The position numbers and the translations under genes are program-made. From a virus (taxonomy: Duplodnaviria > Caudoviricetes): DNA of 64,000 nucleotides. The DNA lies in IMG/VR virus record IMGVR_UViG_3300031994_000039, positions 48,507 to 112,506 of that record, one strand, 5' to 3'. Of the stretch, positions 38,459 to 48,800 are shown piece after piece. Within the stretch, counting starts at the first letter, position 1; the number at the start of each line of letters is the position of its first letter. The notes beneath the pieces are model-generated. The model saw nothing but the letters and a program-made list of their open reading frames with translations, had not been told where the DNA came from and did no database searches.

Positions 38459-38952
38459 TGCAGTTACGTGAATTATTTAATTATAAGAACCAGCTCATGA
38501 AAGACCTCCTGACCAACGAAAAAATAGTGAAGCTTATTGACGATACAGTTCCTATAAGCGAGGCTTCAAAGCTTGCCTACAAAAAAGTTTTCCCTTATGA
38601 ATATTTGCCGGACACAGCAAAGAACGGCGATACATTCATTTGCTTCGATGTTGATGTAACAAATGTTTATAACAAAACTTTTCTTGCCCCGGTCTTATAT
38701 GTCTGGATATTTACACACAGAAGTAATTTAAGGCTTAAGCAAGGCGGTCTGCTTATAGATACATTATGTTCTGAAATTTGCGAGGTGCTTAATGGCAGCC
38801 GAATGTACGGCATGGGTGAAATGAATTTCGCTTCGATGCGAAGGTTCGCACCTATGACAGACTTTCAGGGCAAGTGTCTGACATTTAATATTACTGAAGT
38901 AAACAGATATCATACTCCGCTTAAACCGGTTCCTGAAAATCGCAGAGCGTAA
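38449..38952 (+). CDS. tail terminator-like protein
   Basis: Synteny and size. Confidence 0.55.
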   Translation: MDLMQLRELFNYKNQLMKDLLTNEKIVKLIDDTVPISEASKLAYKKVFPYEYLPDTAKNGDTFICFDVDVTNVYNKTFLAPVLYVWIFTHRSNLRLKQGGLLIDTLCSEICEVLNGSRMYGMGEMNFASMRRFAPMTDFQGKCLTFNITEVNRYHTPLKPVPENRRA

Positions 38953-38961
38953 GGAGATTGA

Positions 38962-39684
38962 ATGGCAACATTAAATCTGCTTTACGAACATGAGTATGTT
39001 ATAAATGATAAAATCAAAGTCGTGATACCGACCGTCGGTCAGGTACTTGATAACGAGGATGAATATTATTCTATGGTTACGGCCTTTACCGCTATGCCTA
39101 TAGACCTGATGGTACAGCTCGACGATATGAAGATAGACTTCGAGCAAATCACCGACTATGATTTATTCATTATACTATTCAACGGGCTGCGATTACAGAA
39201 CGTTGGTTTGATCCTGAAGGATATTGACTTCAGCAAATTTATTCTGGATATCGATGAAGAAAAACAGGAACTATTCTTGATAGACGAGGAGAACGATATA
39301 AAGATCGACCGGTCTGTCTACTTGCAGATTTCTGCGGTCCTGAGGAAAATTCATAATATAAAAAAGAATATTCGAAAGCCGGGCAATAAAGATGCGAGAG
39401 ATTATATGCTTAAGCGAGCACGTGAAAAAATGAAGCGTGCGAAAAATCGCAAAACAGAATCTCAGACTGAATCTTTAATCGTGGCTTTGGTAAATGCTCC
39501 TGAGTTTAAGTATGATTATCAGTCCGTCCGGGATCTGACAATTTACCAATTCAATAAGAGCTTATATCAGATAGTTAATCGTGTAGATTATAACAACCGC
39601 ATGGTCGGCATCTACACTGGTAACATAAATCCAAAAGATATGAGCCAGGATGATTTGAACTGGCTCACTACAAAATCAAAATAA
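38962..39684 (+). CDS. tail-region hypothetical protein
   Basis: LTIYQF...GIYTG motif, synteny. Confidence 0.6.
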   Translation: MATLNLLYEHEYVINDKIKVVIPTVGQVLDNEDEYYSMVTAFTAMPIDLMVQLDDMKIDFEQITDYDLFIILFNGLRLQNVGLILKDIDFSKFILDIDEEKQELFLIDEENDIKIDRSVYLQISAVLRKIHNIKKNIRKPGNKDARDYMLKRAREKMKRAKNRKTESQTESLIVALVNAPEFKYDYQSVRDLTIYQFNKSLYQIVNRVDYNNRMVGIYTGNINPKDMSQDDLNWLTTKSK

Positions 39685-39702
39685 AAGAAGGAGGAATATA
39701 TA

Positions 39703-40512
39703 ATGGTAAACGTTAATGACCTTACTATTACTTCCCTTGAAACAATTACAGCGTTTGACGTTGCTACAGGTGACTACAAGTTCACACTCGACGAACTTCA
39801 GAACGCAACAATTGCTCAGGGTCAGGAAACAACTGATATCACCGGTAAGGGTGGTAGAAAGCTTAACACACTCAAGAAGAACAAGAGTGTAACAATCAGC
39901 GGTTCAAACGGCGTTATCTCAGGCGGTCTTCTCGAAGTACAGACAGGCGGCACATTTGAGAACAAGGCTACAGAAGTACTCTGGACAGATTACCTCGTAG
40001 TTGACGCAAGCCACGAAGCTACAACATCATATAAGGCTATCGGTACAGCTGGTGCTGAAATTATCGGTCTTATTGTTAAGGATGCTAATGGTATCCCAAC
40101 AACAGAACTCGTTCAGGACACAACTGCAGCTGAAGGCAAGTTTGCATATGATCCATCTACAAAGAAACTCAGCTTCTATACAGATATCGCAGAAGGTACA
40201 GAAATCGTAGCAACATACAAGAGAAAGATCACAGCTGATGTTCTCTCTAATATGTCTGACAACTATTCAGGCAAGTGTACACTTTATGTTGACGCATTTG
40301 CTGAAGATAAGTGTGCAAGAGTATATCGTGTACAGTTCTTCTTCCCTAAGGTTGACTTCTCAGGCGAATTCTCTATCGAACTTGGCGGCGACCAGGCAGT
40401 TCATTCATTTGAATCTCAGTCACTCGCAGGCGGTTGCGGTTCAGGTTCAGTCGGTGCAGGTCTTCTCTGGACATACACAGTATTCGGCGAAACAGCACCT
40501 GACGCTCCATGA
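39703..40512 (+). CDS. major tail tube protein
   Basis: Thr/Gly-rich 269 aa, strong RBS, synteny. Confidence 0.75.
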   Translation: MVNVNDLTITSLETITAFDVATGDYKFTLDELQNATIAQGQETTDITGKGGRKLNTLKKNKSVTISGSNGVISGGLLEVQTGGTFENKATEVLWTDYLVVDASHEATTSYKAIGTAGAEIIGLIVKDANGIPTTELVQDTTAAEGKFAYDPSTKKLSFYTDIAEGTEIVATYKRKITADVLSNMSDNYSGKCTLYVDAFAEDKCARVYRVQFFFPKVDFSGEFSIELGGDQAVHSFESQSLAGGCGSGSVGAGLLWTYTVFGETAPDAP

Positions 40513-40524
40513 TGAGGTAAAATT

Positions 40525-40932
40525 ATGCCAGGAATCAGAAAATGTAAAATTTGCGGAAAAGAGTATGAATACTGTCATACTCTCCGAAGCAATACAGTAT
40601 TTCGCTGGCAGGACGTTGCTTGCTGCATAGAGCATGGTACTGAGTATTTTGCTAAGGTCGCTGCTTCCCGTGGCGAAACTTTCGATGCGGCAGCTGCAGA
40701 ACCTAAGGCATCAAATTCACCTAAGGCAGATCCGAAGGTGGCTGAAGTTATCGTCGAAGATAACAAGGTTGAGATCGAAGTCGAAGAACCGGAAACTGTT
40801 GAGGTTGATGATGGGGCTTCTGACGAATTCGACTCATTTGATATTACCAGGGGTTTTGACGACGAACCTGCTGAAGAAGCTAAGGAAGATTCTGATTCTT
40901 TCAGCTTCCTTAGATTTAATAAAAAGAAATAA
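40525..40932 (+). CDS. Zn-finger protein with acidic tail
   Basis: CKICGKEYEYC...CCIEH. Confidence 0.7.
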   Translation: MPGIRKCKICGKEYEYCHTLRSNTVFRWQDVACCIEHGTEYFAKVAASRGETFDAAAAEPKASNSPKADPKVAEVIVEDNKVEIEVEEPETVEVDDGASDEFDSFDITRGFDDEPAEEAKEDSDSFSFLRFNKKK

Positions 40933-40960
40933 TAACGCACGGTTAGCCGTGTTAGTAGCT

Positions 40961-40994
40961 ATAGCTGCATCCATTTTGGGTGCGGCTATTTTTT
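40961..40994 (+). terminator. Rho-independent terminator
   Basis: ATAGCTGCATCC...GGGTGCGGCTAT-TTTTT. Confidence 0.75.
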
Positions 40995-41114
40995 CAACTA
41001 TGATATACGGCGGATGCTAAGTGTGACATTATGTCGCACACTATTTGATGTTCGGAAGGTCATCGCGCCCTGTCCGGGGAGAACGGACATCCGCCATTTT
41101 TAATAAGGATTTAT

Positions 41115-41558
41115 ATGAAACAAAAGAAAATTTCGTTTACAATAGACAATGAAACGTTGCTTTTATATTCATCATGTTATTTCAAGTTACATCCGAGAGC
41201 ACATAAGATCCCTATCCCCCACCCTTATCATGAGTCGATAAACGTATGGATGATTATGCGCAGACCGATGATGAATGCTTTAAAGCAGAAATGGAAAGAT
41301 TTTATAAAGTGGCTGGTAGATACAAAAGGTTATACTAACCTGCACGTTGAAAAATGTGAGATAACACAATGTGTCTACTATCCTAATAATAGAAGACACG
41401 ACATAGACAATTCGGTCCCGAAGTTTATCTTGGATGGATTGGTTGAAAGCGGTATGATCGTCGATGACGACCATCTGCATATATCAAAGTTAACTTTAAC
41501 ATGCGGCGTGGATGTCGATAATCCACGCACTGAAATAATGATAAGAGTTTTAGAATGA
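41115..41558 (+). CDS. rusA: RusA-like Holliday junction resolvase
   Basis: RRHDIDN..KFILDGL...IVDDD...PRTEI. Confidence 0.8.
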   Translation: MKQKKISFTIDNETLLLYSSCYFKLHPRAHKIPIPHPYHESINVWMIMRRPMMNALKQKWKDFIKWLVDTKGYTNLHVEKCEITQCVYYPNNRRHDIDNSVPKFILDGLVESGMIVDDDHLHISKLTLTCGVDVDNPRTEIMIRVLE

Positions 41559-41571
41559 AAGGATTTTAATT

Positions 41572-42237
41572 ATGGCAAGAACAAAAAAGACACCTGCTAA
41601 GGAAGCAGAAACAAAGGCAACAGAAACAAAGGCAATTTCAATTGACGAGTTTGCAGACAGTATCACTACCGAAAACGGCAAACTTTCATGGAATGGTTTT
41701 GAAATTACTGTTAAGCCAAGATTAACGATGAAAGAAGTTTCTAGATTTACAGCTATTATTGTCAGCTTATCTTTCGGCGATGACGGAATATACATTCCGG
41801 AAGTATACGAATACGCAGTAGGCGTTGCTACAGTAATGATGTACACAGACCTTCAGTTACCTAAGGATGTCGAAGCACAGTATAAGCTTCTTACATTCAC
41901 GGACCTTTATAGTCAGATCACAGACATGGTTGACGCAGACCAGTATTCATCTGCAGTTCACTCTGCTCTTGAAAGAATTCAGAACTTAACTCAGGCAAAT
42001 ACAGATGCTATAAGAAAGCAGGCTGCGGATGTCATCAGCGCTGTTGATGTTCTCGTAAAGAAGATAGAAGATACGTTCGGCGGAATTGATCCGGAATGGA
42101 TGAACGGTATAGCTCAGGCTTTATCTTCTGGAAAGATCGACGAAGAAAAGCTTGCAAAGGGTGTTGTTAAGAATAGAAAAATCGACACTGATAAAATAGC
42201 AGAGGCAGTCGCTGAGAAAATTAAGAAAGAAAAATAA
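41572..42237 (+). CDS. tail assembly chaperone-like protein
   Basis: Synteny upstream of tape measure. Confidence 0.5.
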   Translation: MARTKKTPAKEAETKATETKAISIDEFADSITTENGKLSWNGFEITVKPRLTMKEVSRFTAIIVSLSFGDDGIYIPEVYEYAVGVATVMMYTDLQLPKDVEAQYKLLTFTDLYSQITDMVDADQYSSAVHSALERIQNLTQANTDAIRKQAADVISAVDVLVKKIEDTFGGIDPEWMNGIAQALSSGKIDEEKLAKGVVKNRKIDTDKIAEAVAEKIKKEK

Positions 42238-42257
42238 ATTAAAAGGATGGTGATACT

Positions 42258-42845
42258 ATGCAGATAAACTTTGATATCATTAAAAGCAAAACTCAAAAAT
42301 TCATAGAATCAGATGAAGGTCAGGAATTTGTAAGCAGTATCGCCATCCCGGAAGGAATGATGATAGAAGCTGCACAGAAATTAGCTGATATTATCAGAAG
42401 AAACGTTCATTCAGGACTTTATGGGAATTCAATAAATAAAATCGTTGATAGCGGTATTATAATATCACGCCCTGTCAGGACCGGTAAATATAAAGGACGA
42501 AATACCTGGGCAATAGATATAAGCTTTGACCCAAGTATGTTACATCGTGACTCCTTGGAAATTAGACGAAAGGGCCGAGTAGTAGGTCATACAAGTATTG
42601 ATGGAATAGATAATATCATGTCGTTGCTCGATACAGGATATCCTTATGAAGATGGAGCCCAGATGAAGTCAGTACGTGGCTACTGGAGGTCTAGATGGGT
42701 TAATATAAAAACGCCTCTCGAAAGAGCAGGCGATCATTTTATGTCTGATTCAGTTAATGAGTTTAACGCTGTATACGGACAGGAATATTTTTGTTATGCT
42801 TCTATAGTTGCTCCTGATGAATATTATATGAGAATTAGTGATTAA
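42258..42845 (+). CDS. tail completion-like protein
   Basis: Synteny. Confidence 0.5.
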   Translation: MQINFDIIKSKTQKFIESDEGQEFVSSIAIPEGMMIEAAQKLADIIRRNVHSGLYGNSINKIVDSGIIISRPVRTGKYKGRNTWAIDISFDPSMLHRDSLEIRRKGRVVGHTSIDGIDNIMSLLDTGYPYEDGAQMKSVRGYWRSRWVNIKTPLERAGDHFMSDSVNEFNAVYGQEYFCYASIVAPDEYYMRISD

Positions 42846-42884
42846 TAAATACATTACTTTAATAACAAAGGAAGGTGAATATAA

Positions 42885-45800
42885 ATGGCAGATATTAGGC
42901 TTGATTTTGGCGTTGATAAAGGTGTTTCAAAAATAAATATAGAAAAAGACCTTACTGACATAGTGAACCAATTACCTACCTTTGGAATTAAGGTAGGTGT
43001 AAACGCTGAATCATTACAAGAGTTTAAAGCTCAACTTGAAAGCACAAAAGAACAGATAAACGGATTAAAGGATTTTCAGTTAAATCTCGGTGGTGCGAAT
43101 GTAGCAATTCAAACTGCGGGGGAACTTGACTCAACAATAAAAGATATCTTAACTCAGCTCAAATCCTTTAACACAATACCAATAGATTTCGGTGATGAGG
43201 TAATATCTTTTTCAACCGCATTTAAGGGTATAGCTACAGACATTGAAGCTATAAAAATGTCGCTAAGGTCATTAAGTTCGGCAATTAAAGGTGTAGGTAC
43301 TGGAGATATTATAAGCATATCAACTCTGCTCGATAATATAGAAAATGCTATATTGACTATTGACGATACGATTAAAGATATGGGGAGGATTAAGCTTGAT
43401 AGTTCTATTAAATCTCAATTTGAAGGTTTAGTAAATTCTATAACATTAATTGAAAATTCTCTTCAAAGCGTAAGAACTTTTACATTACCTCAAGGTTTAA
43501 CAAATAATATTAACGATATTCTTGTCCAGCTTCGAAGTGTAAATCAGGCCATAACTGATATCTGGAGCTCGTTCGCTGAATTTGGGACACTGGACAGCGC
43601 GGGTCAGCAGATGATCAGTCTTACTGAACAGTTTATTAAACTCAATAATGGTATCCACTCTGTTACGGATGCAATATCTGGTCTTAAAACGAACCTTGCA
43701 ATCGCCTTTTCAGATGGAAACCAAGGCCTTGTAAATTTCGATATTGAGTTAAATAGAATCAGAGATACAATAAAGAATAGCAAAACAGAGGTTTATGCTG
43801 GCAGTAGCTGGTTCGGTTACGATGAAGCGAAACGCCTTGAAGTAATGAATGTGGATTTAAGAACCTTAACTGAACAATTATCTAAGATCCCGGAAATTCT
43901 TACGCAAATCGTTGCTCTCGTAGATACAATAAGCAAAAAGGAATTTAGCATTACAAATACTTTCACGGGTAATCTTGAAAACTTTAAAGATAAAGCCCAA
44001 GAAACAAGACTGTATAGAGATAGGCTCCTTGAACTTTACAAAGTCGTTCGTGATTATAATTCCGAAGCGGAACGTATGGCTTCAACGAGATATGTAAATG
44101 GCGAAGTTAATAGATTATTCCAGCAGATTCCGGGAACAGGAATTTCAAATGTTTTTGAAATGCTGAACCAGCTCGATGAACTCGGAGTATCAGAGCGGTC
44201 TATTTACTCAATGAGCAATATGAAGTCTATTGAAGCTAAAATGGGTAGACTTAATGAATTAAAGAGTATATATGAAACTCTTTTTCAGGAAGTACAGAAA
44301 TATCAGCAGGCAGAATCTAAAAGTGCGTTAGCAAAAACAGGCTTTGAAATCAAGATGCCAGATACATCAGGTTTTCAAAAGGCAAACGAGGCACTTGATA
44401 AATATCTGAACAAGATAACCGAGATCAAGACTGCAGCTGCAGATGCTGCAATGCAGCAGGTAAGCTCCAAACAAACTACTGAACGCCTGGAAACTGCTAA
44501 ACAAATGGCGGCAATAGTAGAGCAGTCATTAGCTGCCCCGCAGCAACAGTTATCTGAACTTCAGACTAAAATTGCTGAAACATTTGATTTATCAAAGGTA
44601 ACCCCTAATACAGAAAAAATAACACAAACTTTATTAGGGGTTAAACAACAGCTTACCGAAATACAGTCGCAAATCAGAAGCACGTTCGACCTGTCAACTA
44701 TACCTTTTGATACAACAAAAATTACTTCTGGAGTTGCTGGTATTAAGAATCAACTTTCAGAAATTCAGGTTCAGGTAAATGGAATTTTTGATCCTTCAAA
44801 AATGATATTTGACCCAAAGAGTATTGAGCAAATTGCAGCAGCAACAAAGAATGCCTTTGATTTATCTGGTGCGAATCTTGATAGCTCTAAATTCACAAGA
44901 TTTACAGCTGAAATAACTCAGCAACTCACCCGGATTCAGAATCAGCTCCGCACAACATTTAATACAGCTAATCTCGTAATCGATACGGCGAAGGTTGATG
45001 ATTTCCTCAGACATGTTAGTGGCGAGCTTGTTCGTATTCAGAATCAGTTAAGAGAAACATTTAACGGTGCAAGACTCGTTGTTGATACAGCAAAGGTCGG
45101 AGATTTTACTACAGAAGTCAAACGTCAGATTGCTGAAGTCAAAGCTGAGATTGCTACGATATTTGATTTGTCCGGTGTAACATTTGACTATACACAGTTT
45201 GATGCATTTACTGGAAGAATCAAGAGCGGATTTGATGAAATCAGAACAAGTGTCAAGAGTTCACTCGATGGTATCAAGGCGTATATCAATGAGGTAACTG
45301 GTGCGTATGCTAACCTTCTTGTTCAGATTGATAAGGCGGCTAATAATCCGGTAGTTCAGAAGGTTGCGGACTCTGCAATCCCTGCTTCACAGGACGCTCA
45401 GAAGGTGCGACAGGCTACAGCTGTACGTGACCTTGCACAGGCACATGTTGAATTGGGTCAGGCTGAAACACAAGCTGCAAAGGCTGCTAATCAGCAAGAA
45501 ATGGCTGAAACTAAAAAATTAGCTATAGCACGTGTTTTATTTAACACAGAAGAACAGCTTGCTACTCTGGTTGCTAAGAACGCTATGGATGAGAGACTGG
45601 AGTATGATAGTCTTAGAGAGGCTCTATTATCAGTTTCAGAAGCAGCAGATATAGTCAGAGAAGATATAAATCAGGTAGATGTAGTTTTTAAAGATAAGGC
45701 AGACAAAACAACTACATACTTATCTAGAGTAAGAACTGAAATAGCTGCTTATAAAGCCGAGCTTAAGAAATTCGAAATCGGCGGAGTTGTAACACCTACG

Positions 45801-48800
45801 CAGTTCTATAGTGCTATGGGCTCGTTAAAGAAAATCGAAACGTCGTATCCTGAAAAGAAAGGCATACAGGTATATGATGAGATTCTTCATAAGCTTAATG
45901 AACTTAGAATTGCAGAAGAATTAGTCACAGAGAACGGTTTGAATTTAAACGAGGCATTTAATGAACTGGGTATGTCGAGTGCAAAAGGATTCTTTGAAGA
46001 AATAAATGCTTTGATCAAAGAGTTCAACGCTCAGGTAACAGGCGAAACTCCGATCCTTAAACTTCACGAACAGATAGCTTCTCTTTCCGGAGTGATTAAA
46101 CAAGCAAAGAACAATAAAAATGTTCTGGACACCGATCAGTATAAAAACATAGTTAATACTATGGGCGTGTTTAAGAATGTTCTTGATCAGGTTGAAAATA
46201 AGGGTAAATCTGTAAACCAAGCATTTGCAGATTTGAAGACAACAACTAAACAAGCTTTTGACCAGGCGAAAATTTATGCAAGCGACCTTAGAACAGTTCT
46301 TAACGAAACAGCCAAACCGGCTAAAGAAGGTGCTGCAAAAATCTTTGACGCAAGTGCGTTAGAAAAATCTATAGCTAAAATGCAGGGTCTTGCAAATCAG
46401 GCTCTTAGAGACCCTAATGCTAAAAAGACCAAGGAATACCTCGACCTGGCTAACCATCTTAGCCTTGCAAATCAGGCATTTGAAGCATTAAAGCAGAATG
46501 AACTTACAGCTGAACAGGCATTAGCTCAGTATGGCACTAACGGAACTGAGTATGTAAGGGATCTTACAACTGTAGTTGATGCATTTAATATTGTTCTGAA
46601 GAAGACTGCGAATGAAACAATTAAGTCTAACAACGCAGCTAAGGCTCAGGCTCAGGCGGCCAAAGAAGCTGAAGCAGAACAGAAGAAACTTAATCAGACG
46701 CAGGCTGAAGCACTGGCAAATGCTAAGCGGTTAAAGGAAGCTTATTTACAGGTTCTCAGAATGCAATCGTCAATGGTTACATCTCTGAATTCTGCTGGTA
46801 ATAAGAATTCAGCTCTTACAGGTAGTAACGAATATCAGGCTGTGCAGAATTATCTTAATCAGTTTAAGAGTGCCACCGCTGCAATGGCATCGGAGAATTT
46901 AAATATATTTGATGCTTTTACAAGTATAGGAGGAAACTTCGAGAACGCTGTATTAAGAGCGAACGAGGCAATGGCTCAGCTCAAGATTGTTACCGGTGAA
47001 ACCGCTAAGGAAACGAAGGACGCAGAAGCCAAAGTGACATCGTTAGCAAAGGCGTATGACGCTCTTGCTCGTGCCAACAGATTAATTAACAATAACCAGA
47101 ATCTTAAGAATACAGCAGAATACACATCCCTCGTAAGAAACAGAGATGAAATGCAGCATATTGTTGACCTTCTGGAAAATGGTGTTAAAACTGTCGGTGG
47201 TTATAGACGGCAGTACACTTCACTCGATGATGTATTCCAGCAGTTAAATGTTGACGGCGAACAGCTTTTTAAAAACCTTCGTGTGTCTGCTTCAAGATTC
47301 AATAATGAAATCGCTAAGACGGAAAAGAGCATCACCTTAGACGCAGCTTATAAGAAACTCGGAAGTCTTCAGAATCTTCTCAATGGCAAAAAGGGTAAAA
47401 CTCTTATCGGAACTGACGAATACAATGCAGTTCTGAATTCTGTAAACCAGCTTACTACAGCTATTGCAAAGGCTGAATCACAGCAGATTTCGATGAATCA
47501 GGCGTTTGAGCAGATGGGCGTAACAAGTAAAGACGCTTTAGGTCAAATGAACCTGGCTGCAGAAAAGATGAAGATTCTTCTTGATAGTACTCAGGTTACT
47601 GATATGAAAACCGCATGGCAGGAAGTTCAGTCGGCAACAAGATTATTAAATAATAATCAATCAATGGCCGGAGATACAACATATCAGAAGCTTAAGTCTG
47701 ATGTTGAGCTCATGGCAAAAGCAATTGAAGAGGCGCGTAAGAATAACACAACTCTTGATGTTCAGTTACAGCAGTTAGGTAGAGATGGCAAACAGGCCCT
47801 TGATAATATCAGGCTTGGTGCTCTGGACCTCAAAGCCGCTATGGATGGAGTAGGCGTTTCAGGAACCACAACTGAAGTTAAGCTTGAGCGAGCTATGAAT
47901 AGTCTGAAAAAGCTTCAGACAGATGCTGGTAAGTATCAGGGTTATAGCTTTAATCTTAACGGCTCTCCTGCAGTAATTGAGCAAACCGAACAGTACACAA
48001 AACTTCAGGCTCAGATTCAGACTGTAGCTAGAGCATTAGAACTTATGCGCAACAGTGGCCTAAGTGCTGACGAAGCTCTTGCGCAGCTCGGCACCACAGG
48101 CACAGAACTCTTCAGTAATATAGAATTAAATTCTGTAAGAATGAAGGGCGCTATCGACCAGGTAACTCGTGCGTATAAAGAAGCAACAACCGGTGCGAAG
48201 GCAAACAACCAGGAAGAGAAGAATCGTCAGAATCTCATCGCAAAAGCGTACAGCTTAATGTCTAAGTCACAGAAGATAACCACTAACTGGACAATGGCAG
48301 CGACGGGTAAATCGGCAAGCTCTTATAGAGACATTCAGGGTTATGCTAATGCGCTCGGTAATTTAATAAGTCAGTTTAAAGCTGGTTCAATTTCAAGCGC
48401 AGATTTCTCAAGACAGATTGCGACAATTGATGCCGGACTTAAACAAGGTATAACAACGATTCAGGCTGCAGGAGAAAATGCTGCGTCACTTTCTTTTAGG
48501 CTTAATAATATAGCTCAAAGATTTGGAGCATGGTTCGGTGCGACAAGAATCATTATGAGGGTTATCACTTCTCTTAAACAGATGATTTCAACATCTATCG
48601 AACTTGACGATGCGTTCACTCAGTTACAGATAGTAACAAAAGACACAGAGGCTTCATATGAAAGCTTCGGCAGTACTGTAGCGAAGATCGCTAGGGAAAC
48701 TGCGGTATCTATGAAGGATATCACTGATGCTGCAACAACATTCGCAAGGTTAGGTTATAATCTTGACGAAGCAGCCAAGCTTGCAGAATACACTGCTAAG

